64,000 bases of DNA from an uncultured Syntrophomonadaceae bacterium (GTDB lineage: Bacteria; Bacillota; Dethiobacteria; DTU022): assembly GCA_964441025.1 (NCBI GenBank), contig CAYTXG010000003.1, positions 63,527 through 127,526 on the forward strand, in the 5' to 3' direction. The position numbers and the translations under genes are program-made. Numbering within the stretch: the stretch's first letter is position 1; the number at the start of each line of letters is the position of its first letter. The notes beneath the pieces were generated by a model. That model saw only the letters and a program-made list of their open reading frames with translations. It had not been told where the DNA came from and made no database searches. Below are positions 38,257-47,173 of this stretch, in pieces.

Positions 38257-40047
38257 TCAGGCATAAAGCTTTTCAATCTGATCCAGATAGTTATCCAGCA
38301 CGACCCGCCGCTTGACCTTCATCGTCTGCGTAAGCATGCGATTTTCAATGGAGAAATCCTCCTCCAAAAAGACAAACTTCTTTGGAATTTCATAGCTGCC
38401 GAAACTATCTTTTAAAAAGGCGGTGATCTCCTGCTCCACCATTGCGGTGAACTCTCTGTTTGCCAGAAGCTCCCGCGGATCATTGGAAAAGCCCTTTTCT
38501 GCAGCCCAGCGGGCAGTTACCTCAAAGTCGGGAACAACCAGGCAGACATTAAATGGCCTGCCGTCGCCGTAAATCATGGCATTGGCTACCCGGGGGATGA
38601 GTTTGATCTCTTCTTCAATCGCCGCAGGGAAGACATATTTTCCGTTTAGCAGCTTGTACTGCTCCTTGATCCGTCCTGTAATCCAGAGATAACCATCTTC
38701 ATCCAGGTAACCGCGGTCTCCCGTCCGGAGGCCGCCGTCGGAAGTCATCACTTCGGCGGTCTGTGAAGGTTTGTCATGATAGCCTCTCATGATATTGGGA
38801 CCGTACACAATTACTTCGCCGTCGGCGGCGCCCTCTTCAACTGCAGAGCTGTCGATAACCACCCTTTGCCCTTCCAACACCATGCCCACACTGCCGAGGC
38901 GCCAGTTTTTCCGGCTGTTCATGGTTACCGCAGGGGCGGTCTCGGTAAGGCCGTAACAGTCGTATATGGGCACCCCCACATCATCAAAGAATTCAGCAAT
39001 TTCCTTGTTCATCACCGCGCTGGCGGTAAGGGAACCGACTACCCTGCCGCCCAGAGCAGCCCTGATCTTTGAAAAAACCAGGCGGTCCAGAAGGGAAAAT
39101 TGCAAATTGATCAGGAGCCTTGATTTCCCCCGCCCGGCCAATGCTCTTTTCTTTTTGGCAACTGCACAGGCTGCGTCGAAGAGTTTCTTCTTGATACCTC
39201 CCGCTTCCCTCATCTGCATCTGGATGCCGTCATATATCTTGTTGAAGAGACGGGGCACACAGATCAGGTAATGCGGCCGGACTCTTTTGATATCCTCAGT
39301 CAAGGTGGTCACATCTCTCATGAAGCCGATGGCCCCGCCAAACTGGATCCAGTTGTTGATCTCGGCGCTGAGGGCGTAGGAGTGCGCCCAGGGCAGCATG
39401 GAGATGGCCACGCACTCTTCATTGAGTTCGGGATAGATCTTGTAGCCCGCTTTGGAGCAGTAGGTCAGATTCCCATGGGTCAGGAGCACCCCTTTAGGTT
39501 CGGCAATTGTCCCGGAAGTGTATATAAGCACCGCAATATCATCATGATGGGGTATATCCGGCGCAGCGGGGTTCTCCCGACCGGACTTTTCAAGGGCGGC
39601 CAGGCTGTTCTCCCCTTCCCATTCCATGATATAGATATGCTCGAGGGTCTTGATCTCCCCGGGAAAATCCTTCACCTTTTCATAGATTTCCGGTGTTGAA
39701 ACAAGAAGGAATTTTACAGCGCTGTCCCTGATGATATATTTCCATGTTTGCGCCAGTTCCTGCTCATACATGGGCACATAGCGGGCCCTGCGTCCGTAAG
39801 CAGCAAAGGCGAGAACCACCCATTCGGGCCGGTTCGATGAAATGATCCCCACAGCATCCCCCTGTCCAATCCCCAGCCGGGCCAGGCCGCCGCGGGCGTC
39901 GTCAATGCGGCTGCCGATTTCCCCGTAAGTGATGGGATCAAGGGAGCCCCTCTCGTTATGCATCCAGAAAAGGACATTGTTTTTGTATTTCTTTGCGCTC
40001 TCCATCCACCATTCGACAAGGTTGTCCGGCTTTTCATAGATCCACAT
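38257..40047 (-). CDS. Long-chain fatty-acid--CoA ligase (AMP-dependent synthetase)
   Basis: 596 aa. AMP-binding motif LIYTSGTIAEPKGVLLTHGNL. GGAGGG RBS. Confidence 0.85.
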   Translation of the reverse strand: MWIYEKPDNLVEWWMESAKKYKNNVLFWMHNERGSLDPITYGEIGSRIDDARGGLARLGIGQGDAVGIISSNRPEWVVLAFAAYGRRARYVPMYEQELAQTWKYIIRDSAVKFLLVSTPEIYEKVKDFPGEIKTLEHIYIMEWEGENSLAALEKSGRENPAAPDIPHHDDIAVLIYTSGTIAEPKGVLLTHGNLTYCSKAGYKIYPELNEECVAISMLPWAHSYALSAEINNWIQFGGAIGFMRDVTTLTEDIKRVRPHYLICVPRLFNKIYDGIQMQMREAGGIKKKLFDAACAVAKKKRALAGRGKSRLLINLQFSLLDRLVFSKIRAALGGRVVGSLTASAVMNKEIAEFFDDVGVPIYDCYGLTETAPAVTMNSRKNWRLGSVGMVLEGQRVVIDSSAVEEGAADGEVIVYGPNIMRGYHDKPSQTAEVMTSDGGLRTGDRGYLDEDGYLWITGRIKEQYKLLNGKYVFPAAIEEEIKLIPRVANAMIYGDGRPFNVCLVVPDFEVTARWAAEKGFSNDPRELLANREFTAMVEQEITAFLKDSFGSYEIPKKFVFLEEDFSIENRMLTQTMKVKRRVVLDNYLDQIEKLYA

Positions 40048-40204
40048 AGGTGTTCCCTCCGGTTTGAATGTAGTCCCCTGCCAATTAAGAAACGCTCCGT
40101 TGGAGAAGACAATTGGAAGTATTGCTCCTATTGCCCACCTTCAAACTTCAACAAATCTTGATTACTTCCTTCTTTACCTAAAACTTTGAGTCATGAGTGA
40201 GTCA

Positions 40205-40225
40205 GGGGGACGGTGACTTTGACTC
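40205..40225 (-). repeat. Copy of the dispersed GAGTCAAAGTCACCGTCCCCC motif (reverse orientation), inside a TGAGTCA-rich region upstream of the CoA-ligase gene
   Basis: Plus strand GGGGGACGGTGACTTTGACTC. The 15-mer CAAAGTCACCGTCCC also occurs at 60474..60492 and 60533..60548. Confidence 0.5.
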
Positions 40226-40471
40226 ATCTTGAGAGACGGGGCGAACCCGCAATCCAGAAGGGCATTCCAGCAACAGCGGAGCGGGGCGCCGGCCCCGCCC
40301 GCATATGAAAGGCGCTGACAGATTTGGGCCGGTCATGACCGGCCCCAACATTTTTGGAGGAACGGTGGTGCGGCAACACCGCGGCTTACGGGGTCAAGCT
40401 GGCGCCGGGCTTTTATGCTGCAGGCAAAATACATTTATTATTTGAAAGGGCGGTAAGCAGAATTCCCGCTG

Positions 40472-40777
40472 TCACTCCTCTTTCTTCCTTCTGCGAAACA
40501 GGGACAACCCCCCGAATCCGCCGATGATGGCCATGTAGAAACCGAAATCGTACCACCAGCCTGTGTTGAAGAGTTCATAGACCCGGATCTGATTGTTGAA
40601 AAGTCCAATGATCAGGGAAAAGGGGGCAACCCAGCCGTGCCAGATCCCCCAGAGGAATCCTGCAGGCTGTGTCGGGCTGTTTCTGCCGTCGCCGGGGATG
40701 CACCCGGACAGCGCCAGTAAAAATACAACCAGCAACAGAGCCAAGATCAACAAAAGCACTTTTTTTCTCACAGTCAT
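40472..40777 (-). CDS. Small lipoprotein/membrane protein (101 aa)
   Basis: Signal peptide with LALSGC lipobox, a second hydrophobic segment, and a basic C-terminus. Confidence 0.4.
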   Translation of the reverse strand: MTVRKKVLLLILALLLVVFLLALSGCIPGDGRNSPTQPAGFLWGIWHGWVAPFSLIIGLFNNQIRVYELFNTGWWYDFGFYMAIIGGFGGLSLFRRRKKEE

Positions 40778-40918
40778 ACCTCCCCCAACATCTTGTTCTT
40801 TTTTCGGGAACGATAGAAATGTCTCTTCCTAAGTTACGGGATCCTTTGCTGCACCTGGAGCAACTGAAGTAGTCCGGCGCAAAAACAGCCCCGACTTTTT
40901 CGGTGGGCAGGCGCCCTG

Positions 40919-41902
40919 TCACCTGACAGAAGGGATCAGGTCGCCATAACCCTCTTTCTCCATCTCCTCCAGGGGGATGAAGCGCAGTGCGGCGCTGTTG
41001 ATGCAGTAGCGCAGCCCTCCCCTTTCCTCAGGTCCATCAGCAAAAACATGCCCCAGGTGGGAATCACCGGCCCGGCTGCGCACCTCCGTGCGGATCCGGC
41101 CGCCGCTGCGGTCCACCCGCTCAACAATAAAGCCGCGATCAACGGGGCGGGTAAAACTGGGCCAGCCGGTGCCCGAATCGAACTTATCCGAAGAGAAAAA
41201 CAGCGGCTCCCCGGTGACAACATCCACATAGATACCGCGGGCATGGTGATCCCAATACTCATTGTTAAAGGGCGGCTCGGTGGCATCGTGCTGGGTGACC
41301 TGGTATTGTTTTTCGCTAAGGGCTTTTTTAATCTCTTCAGGATCAGGCTTCCGGTAAGGCTGCTTTGGCTCCCCAGTTTTTCTTTCGGGCAAGGAAGAAA
41401 GATCAATGTGACAGTAGCCGCCCGGGTTTTTCTGCAGGTAAGCCTGATGATACTCTTCCGCCAGGCAAAAGTGTTCCAGGGGCCGCACCTCTGTGACAAC
41501 AGCTTTCCTATGTTTACCCTGCTCAGCGGCGGCGACAGTGCGGGCTATATCAAGGTCGTCAGGATCCTTTGCATAGATGCCGGTGCGGTATTGAGCGCCC
41601 CGATCATTGCCCTGCCTGTTTTTGCTGGTGGGATCGATAATCCTGAAAAAGTGTTCCAAAAGATCCTGCAGGATGATCCGGGCCGGATCATAAGTTATCT
41701 GTACCGTCTCGACATGGCCGGTAGCGGCTATCTCTTCATAGGTGGGGTGGTCACCCCTGCCATTGGCATAACCCACCGTGGTTCGAAGCACCCCCTCCAG
41801 CCGCGCAAAGTAGGCCTCTACCCCCCAGAAACAACCGCCGGCCAGCCAGATCCTTCGGGGCCCATTTACATTTCCATCAATTTGTTCCATCCTGATCACC
41901 AC
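40919..41902 (-). CDS. msrAB: Bifunctional peptide methionine sulfoxide reductase MsrA-MsrB
   Basis: Msr[12 protein letters not shown] at the N-terminus. MsrB zinc-ribbon with RYCINSAAL at the C-terminus. Confidence 0.85.
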   Translation of the reverse strand: MVIRMEQIDGNVNGPRRIWLAGGCFWGVEAYFARLEGVLRTTVGYANGRGDHPTYEEIAATGHVETVQITYDPARIILQDLLEHFFRIIDPTSKNRQGNDRGAQYRTGIYAKDPDDLDIARTVAAAEQGKHRKAVVTEVRPLEHFCLAEEYHQAYLQKNPGGYCHIDLSSLPERKTGEPKQPYRKPDPEEIKKALSEKQYQVTQHDATEPPFNNEYWDHHARGIYVDVVTGEPLFFSSDKFDSGTGWPSFTRPVDRGFIVERVDRSGGRIRTEVRSRAGDSHLGHVFADGPEERGGLRYCINSAALRFIPLEEMEKEGYGDLIPSVR

Positions 41903-42007
41903 TATCCCTTAATTGTTGTAGGGGGGCAGCCCGCAGACCGCCTGAAATGCTGCGGTTACTAAAAATCCAGGCGGCCAGCGGGCGGGGATGGAACCCCGCC
42001 CCTGATA

Positions 42008-42352
42008 TCAGCGGCAGCCGCATTCGCCGCCCTGCTGCTTCATAGTTTTCGGGGAAGGCGCCTTGACCACGAAAAATTCCAGCACCTCATCGTTCTTATT
42101 TTGGGGATGCATCCTCGTCCCATATGGTATGGCCACAATGCTGCCTGCGGGGTAAGCCCGCTCTTCCCGTCCTTCCAGCTTCAGGGTGAGCTTTCCCCGT
42201 ATCACAATCATGTGTACATGCGCATTAGCGCTATGCGCCGGCAGCGCCTCGCCTTTCGGTAAAACCATGTGATTGATGGCCACATGTTCATGATCAACGA
42301 TCAGCTCAACAGTTTTTTCATCCGTCAGGCTAAATTGATAGTCCCTTTCCAT
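42008..42352 (-). CDS. Cupin-domain protein
   Basis: MERDYQF...HMVLPKGEALPAHSANAHVHMIVIRG. AAAGGAGG RBS before GTGATG. Confidence 0.6.
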   Translation of the reverse strand: MERDYQFSLTDEKTVELIVDHEHVAINHMVLPKGEALPAHSANAHVHMIVIRGKLTLKLEGREERAYPAGSIVAIPYGTRMHPQNKNDEVLEFFVVKAPSPKTMKQQGGECGCR

Positions 42353-42572
42353 CACGGTAAAACCTCCTTTCGCTCTTAGTAGTCTACAATTTATCGCCGT
42401 CATTTATCAAAACACCGGAAACAGGGCAGCCGCCCCTGTTTTTATCAGGCCCCGGGCTCCTGGTGTGATGGATAAAAGAGTAAAGAATCTTCAGAGCCGC
42501 TGTGGAAATAATGTAACAGTGAAAGGGCTGTACTCTTTAAGGCTGTTGAACTGGAAATGAGGGCAAACCTTA

Positions 42573-43115
42573 ATGATGACCCTGGAAGATATAATGGAGT
42601 TTCTGGAAACGGATATCATCAGCATAACTTTTTCCCCCCGGGGATTACAATATCTCTCCTTAAAAGAAGATCGGGGCACCCGGAATATAGATTTAAAGCT
42701 TGCCGCCAAGGGGGGGGATGAAAACCCCGCCGTAAATCTGCTTATTAAAGAGACCTCCAGTTTTTTAGAAAGGGGCAGACATGAGATGCCCCTGGACCTG
42801 AGCAATTTTACCCCCTTCCAGCAAAGCGTTTTTGAAGCAGTCAGCAAGGTCGAGCCGGGCAAGATCACAACTTACAAGGGCATCGCGGAGAATCTTGGAA
42901 AACCGGGCGCCGCCCAGGCCGTAGGCAGCGCCGTTGCCAAAAACCCTGTTTCCTACTTTTTGCCCACCCACCGGGTGCTTCCCCAAAGGGGAATCGGGAT
43001 CTGCAGAACCGGCGCCGGCTATCTGAGAGAGAAGCTGCTGGCACATGAAGGGCATGACCTTTCAAAACTCAGGGGTAACTATATCTGCAGTAGAAGAAAT
43101 TGCTGTATGGAGTAG
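42573..43115 (+). CDS. Methylated-DNA--protein-cysteine methyltransferase (Ogt/MGMT) homologue with the catalytic Cys replaced by Thr
   Basis: Ogt N-terminal domain. The C-terminal region NPVSYFLPTHRVL...GYLREKLLAHEG matches the PCHRV region, but the codon is ACC (Thr), not TGC. Confidence 0.75.
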   Translation: MMTLEDIMEFLETDIISITFSPRGLQYLSLKEDRGTRNIDLKLAAKGGDENPAVNLLIKETSSFLERGRHEMPLDLSNFTPFQQSVFEAVSKVEPGKITTYKGIAENLGKPGAAQAVGSAVAKNPVSYFLPTHRVLPQRGIGICRTGAGYLREKLLAHEGHDLSKLRGNYICSRRNCCME

Positions 43116-43160
43116 CAGTTTCCTTCCGCCCGTTGTCTGGGAAAACAGGGCCATCCTGAT

Positions 43161-43376
43161 CTATTCGCCTTTACCCTTAAGTTTTTTGAGAAGATCCTCG
43201 ATTTTTTTCCTCTGTTCGAGCTCCCCCTCCGGATCGAGTTTAAAACTGATGCGCAGCAAGCTGCCTTCTCCGGCGCCCGGGGGCAATAAAACTTTGGGTA
43301 AATCCACCCTGATCTCCTCATCACCGAAAAGCAGCACGGCATAACTGCCCTCAAACCGATCTATTACAGCTCTCAG
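43161..43376 (-). CDS. DUF3006-like small protein (~71 aa) with a non-canonical CTG start overlapping the upstream stop (CTGA)
   Basis: Translation ...IDRFEGSYAVLLFGDEEIRVDLPKVLLPPGAGEGSLLRISFKLDPEGELEQRKKIEDLLKKLKGKGE*. No ATG, GTG or TTG in frame after the upstream TAG. GGAGGG lies 7 nt before the CTG. Confidence 0.4.
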   Translation of the reverse strand: MRAVIDRFEGSYAVLLFGDEEIRVDLPKVLLPPGAGEGSLLRISFKLDPEGELEQRKKIEDLLKKLKGKGE

Positions 43377-44371
43377 CTTCTATCCCTCCAGGGTTGTTTG
43401 TTTACCCGATAAGTATCCCCATCGGTTTCAATGATAATCGTTCCCTGCTTATCTGTCCGGTAAAGATCTGCTCCGGTCCGGGAAAGCCTGCTCAGAGTCT
43501 CCTCGTGCAGGCAACCGTAGCTGTTGTCTTCCCCGCACATGATCACAGCCACCTCAGGCTTAACCGCCTCTAGAAAATCCTGGGTGCTGCTTGATTTGCT
43601 GCCGTGATGGCCGACTTTCAGGATTGTACCGGCCAGTGTGCAGCCGCGTTGAAGCATCTCTTCCTCCGCTGCACCTTCCGCGTCACCTGTAAAAAGAAAA
43701 CTGATCCGGCCGAATATTAAGCAAGCTACAATGCTGGCATTATTAAGTTCGGAAAAAGAAAGCGAAAGAGGGTGCAGGATCTCCATGGAGACTCCGCCGC
43801 CCAGATCCCGTTTCATCCCGGCCCGGCCTTCTGTAAACTTGATCTCCTTTTCATCGATAAGGGTCAGGTAGTCTTCAAAAGTTTTTGTACTATGCACAGC
43901 GCCGGGATCGATTACTTCCTTCACCGGTATGAGTTGCAGAACATTGATCAAACCCCCGATATGATCAGAGTGGGGATGGGTTCCGATAACCAGGTCAAGG
44001 CCGGTTACATCCTGGGATTGCAGATAATCTACTGCAGCAGGACCGCGTTCTCCACCATCGATCAGCATGTTCTGTTCGGGTGTTTGAATAAGAATTGCAT
44101 CACCCTGGCCCACATCTATAAAATGAACCCTGAGCCCGCCCGGCAGGGGTTCGCCCGCCTCCCCCCAATCGATTGAGCAGCCGGGGTTTGGCAGGGATCC
44201 ACCGTTGGCTGCATCTCCGCCGGCACCCCCCAGGCCCCACCAGAACATCGCTAACGCAAGAAGCAGAAGAAAAACAATTACCGTTGGAGCAGACTTTCCG
44301 GGCACTGTACCAGCTCCTTCACCCTGAACATTGATTGGCTTTTTAGTGCATTCCACCCTACAGTCATTCAA
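43373..44371 (-). CDS. MBL-fold metallo-hydrolase, ComEC C-terminal-domain-like, membrane anchored
   Basis: VHFIDVGQGDAILIQTP...VIGTHPHSDHIGGL. N-terminal TM segment. TTG start overlapping the upstream stop (TTGA). Confidence 0.75.
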   Translation of the reverse strand: MNDCRVECTKKPINVQGEGAGTVPGKSAPTVIVFLLLLALAMFWWGLGGAGGDAANGGSLPNPGCSIDWGEAGEPLPGGLRVHFIDVGQGDAILIQTPEQNMLIDGGERGPAAVDYLQSQDVTGLDLVIGTHPHSDHIGGLINVLQLIPVKEVIDPGAVHSTKTFEDYLTLIDEKEIKFTEGRAGMKRDLGGGVSMEILHPLSLSFSELNNASIVACLIFGRISFLFTGDAEGAAEEEMLQRGCTLAGTILKVGHHGSKSSSTQDFLEAVKPEVAVIMCGEDNSYGCLHEETLSRLSRTGADLYRTDKQGTIIIETDGDTYRVNKQPWRDRS

Positions 44372-45606
44372 ATGAATCTCAGCTCAATATAGTAACAGAC
44401 CACCCCCACAATTGCCGCCACAATCGTGTTCACCACGGTGGCCCAGAATGCCGCTTTTCGATCCATGGCGATTAGGGGAAACAGGGCGTCGCCATCCTGG
44501 GAAACAGCATTTGCCAACAACGCTGCAAAGGGAAACACCCCCTTCAGGTACAAAGATACAAATATAACCTGGGGCCCGCAGCCGGGAATGATGCCGATCA
44601 AAACACCTAAAATAACTGATGCCAGACCTGTTGAAACCAGAGCCGCCGTAATAACCTGCTCACCGCCGGCAAGATGTACCGCCAGCCCGTAAACCAGGTA
44701 GGCGGCAAAGACCCAGGTTCCAACGAAAGCGGTTTCCTGCGCATTATGGATCAGGGTCTCCTTGAGGGAATAAAGCTTATGCTCCGCATCCTCATGTGTC
44801 TGGGCCTGAATTTTTTTTCGGGAAAATAACATGTACAACACCGTAACCAGGGTGCCTGCCGCTCCTACCAGGGAGCCGGCGACGGGCAGTCCCGGAAAAC
44901 TGCCCGGATCGACTTGCATCAGATCCAGGACGCCCAGGACAAACCCTGCAGCAATTACTATCCAGAACACAATGTAAAAGTTATGGGTAACCTTGTAGCC
45001 GAGTTTGCTCGTATCCAGCGGCGCAGCATGGTGCAAAGCCATATCGATTTCGTCACCCTCTTCATGGCCGATATGCTTCAGATTGCTGGAACGGCAATCG
45101 GGGGGGCTGCCACAATAGATATGATCAAGCGCGGCCTCGGCTTTTTCATGTTCTTTCTCCAGATCAACCGACGCCTTTTTAGCCGATCTTCTCCCAACCC
45201 ACTCCCCCAGCTTGTAATGATCAACGGCATAACCGGTAACGGTGCCTACAATAAAGCAGATAACTGTGACCGCAGCAAACTTGCGGGGAGCCTGGGTCAA
45301 CGTCACGAAAGCCGAATCACCTGCCGTAGCAATAAGAGTGGCCACTACGGTGCCGAAGGTTACGCTGCCCTTCACGTACAGAGGCATGACCAGGATTGAA
45401 CCCCCGCAGCCTGGGATGATGCCCAGGAGAGAGCCGATGAGGGGCTGATATTTTTTTGATCTCGCGATAGCCTCGACAAATGCTCCCTGCTGCTTGTAAT
45501 CTATATAGCCAAAGAGCAGGAGCACAGCTCCCACAAAGACAGTAACCTGGATGAATGCCTCCCTGGCAGTTGTTAGCAGGAGCACTCCTAAATTTTCAAT
45601 CATCAT
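44368..45606 (-). CDS. Two-repeat polytopic membrane protein (putative permease with duplicated IIPGCG motifs)
   Basis: 412 aa, about 10 TM. Internal duplication with IIPGCGGSI / IIPGCGPQV motifs. Family assignment uncertain. Confidence 0.6.
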   Translation of the reverse strand: MMIENLGVLLLTTAREAFIQVTVFVGAVLLLFGYIDYKQQGAFVEAIARSKKYQPLIGSLLGIIPGCGGSILVMPLYVKGSVTFGTVVATLIATAGDSAFVTLTQAPRKFAAVTVICFIVGTVTGYAVDHYKLGEWVGRRSAKKASVDLEKEHEKAEAALDHIYCGSPPDCRSSNLKHIGHEEGDEIDMALHHAAPLDTSKLGYKVTHNFYIVFWIVIAAGFVLGVLDLMQVDPGSFPGLPVAGSLVGAAGTLVTVLYMLFSRKKIQAQTHEDAEHKLYSLKETLIHNAQETAFVGTWVFAAYLVYGLAVHLAGGEQVITAALVSTGLASVILGVLIGIIPGCGPQVIFVSLYLKGVFPFAALLANAVSQDGDALFPLIAMDRKAAFWATVVNTIVAAIVGVVCYYIELRFI

Positions 45607-45879
45607 ATCCCCCCACCGGTTCTATAGCGCCGCAAAAATTATTGATCCTTTCTACCCCGGCTTTGCCCTTTCCTGCCGCCTTCAATGAAAGGCGGATCGG
45701 CTTTTGAAAATAACATTTTACCGGAAATACGCGGAAAAACAGCTTGTATCCAAAAACAAGCCCGGCCATACGCGCACGCGTGGAGCATTACATTCCAATC
45801 AGCCGCAGAGCGTTTCTTCATTGAGCAAACAAGTATTATCTCAGGAGCTTCCTCCTGCCGGTTCGCCGCTTGATTATAC

Positions 45880-45908
45880 TTGACAGTAGTTGCGAACAGT
45901 TGTATGAT
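45880..45908 (+). promoter_or_regulatory. Near-consensus sigma-A promoter (TTGACA-17-TATGAT)
   Basis: TTGACAgtagttgcgaacagttgTATGAT, about 20 nt upstream of the GGGGAGG RBS of the HTH-Uma2 gene. Confidence 0.6.
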
Positions 45909-45926
45909 GCACGGGGAGGCGATCGC

Positions 45927-46694
45927 ATGGGCAGGCTGCTCACGGCCCATGAACTGGCGAACATTTTAAGCTTATCGGTGGAGACCGTCTGGCGCTACAC
46001 CAGGCAAAAAAGGATACCTTTTGTCGAGCTTGGCAAAAAGCAGTACCGCTATGAGAAAGAGGCGGTCCTTGCCGCCCTCGCCGGCAAGTGCCTGGCTGCA
46101 AAAGAAGACCACCGGGAATATGTCCGGCAGGGCGGGTATACTTATGATGATTACCTGCTTATTCCGGAGGAGCCGGGCTACCGTTTTGAAATCCTGGAAG
46201 GGGCCCTGGTTAAGGAGCCTTCTCCTTCGACACAACATCAGCGGGTACTGCGGGAACTGGGGCGGGGACTGATCAACTACTTTGAACACGCCGATCCCGA
46301 AGGCGAGCTTTTTTTCGCCCCCCTGGATGTAACTCTAACTGCCGCCAATGTCCTGCAGCCGGATATCCTGTTTATTTCCGGTGCCCGCAGGGCGATCATC
46401 CGCGAGGCACGCATTGACGGCCCCTGTGATCTGGTAGTCGAGATCATGTCGCCTGCTAACCGTCGCAAGGACCGCCTGCAGAAAATGGATATTTACCGCA
46501 AGGCAGGAATTATCCACTACTGGCTCGCAGATCCCGAAGATAATCTCCTTGAGGCCTTCATGCTCAAGGACAGCCAATACATTATAGCCGCATCCGGGAG
46601 CCCGGGGGACGAATTCACCCACCCCGCCTTTCCGGGGCTGAATCTGGACCTGGATAGGGTATTCCACCGTCCCAGGCTAAGGCCTAACGGTTGA
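45927..46694 (+). CDS. Fusion of an excisionase-family HTH DNA-binding domain to a Uma2 (DUF820, PD-(D/E)xK) endonuclease domain
   Basis: N-terminus LTAHELANILSLSVETVWRYTRQKRIPFVELGKKQYRY. C-terminus YRFEILEGALV...QPDILFISG...DLVVEIMSP... resembles Uma2. Confidence 0.7.
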   Translation: MGRLLTAHELANILSLSVETVWRYTRQKRIPFVELGKKQYRYEKEAVLAALAGKCLAAKEDHREYVRQGGYTYDDYLLIPEEPGYRFEILEGALVKEPSPSTQHQRVLRELGRGLINYFEHADPEGELFFAPLDVTLTAANVLQPDILFISGARRAIIREARIDGPCDLVVEIMSPANRRKDRLQKMDIYRKAGIIHYWLADPEDNLLEAFMLKDSQYIIAASGSPGDEFTHPAFPGLNLDLDRVFHRPRLRPNG

Positions 46695-46907
46695 TTTCCA
46701 CAAAACCCCAGGTTTTGTCGCCTGAACACAAAGAATAAAAAGTTTTTATTTGAGTGTAGATCGGTAGGATTGAATAACACGTAGCGTATCCAAAATGCGG
46801 CGACTGTAGAAGTCGGAAAACCTTCAACTATGCAAGGGTGAGTGGTAAAATAGTGACAGAAGTTGTATTAGCGGTGTGTGGCCAAATCAGCTCAAGGAGG
46901 ATTAGCT

Positions 46908-47087
46908 ATGGATAATTATGAAGCGGTTTTGGAGTTTTTCAACAGGGCCGATAAACCTGTTAAAGCAGGGGAAGTATCGGAAAACACCGGGATTGAAAAA
47001 AAAGAAGTGGACAAAGCGATGAACAGGCTGAAAAAAGAGGGAAAGATCGTCTCTCCAAAACGCTGCTTCTGGGAGAAGAAATCTTAA
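46908..47087 (+). CDS. Small (59 aa) winged-helix-like DNA-binding protein
   Basis: Strong AAGGAGGA RBS. MDNYEAVLEFFNRADKPVKAGEVSENTGIEKKEVDKAMNRLKKEGKI fits a wHTH. Confidence 0.45.
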   Translation: MDNYEAVLEFFNRADKPVKAGEVSENTGIEKKEVDKAMNRLKKEGKIVSPKRCFWEKKS

Positions 47088-47173
47088 GAAAAGCTAAACC
47101 TGACCCCATTTGGTCCCCGCGCCGGAAGAGAGGATAAAATGGAATGAGTTAATGTTGAGGAGGGATATTATCC

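Noticed and set aside
46700-46880. Possible tRNA or sRNA in the AT-rich spacer before the small wHTH gene
   Set aside because: No cloverleaf-compatible arms or conserved T-loop (GTTCRA) found. It most likely just carries an extended -10 promoter (TGgTAAAAT).
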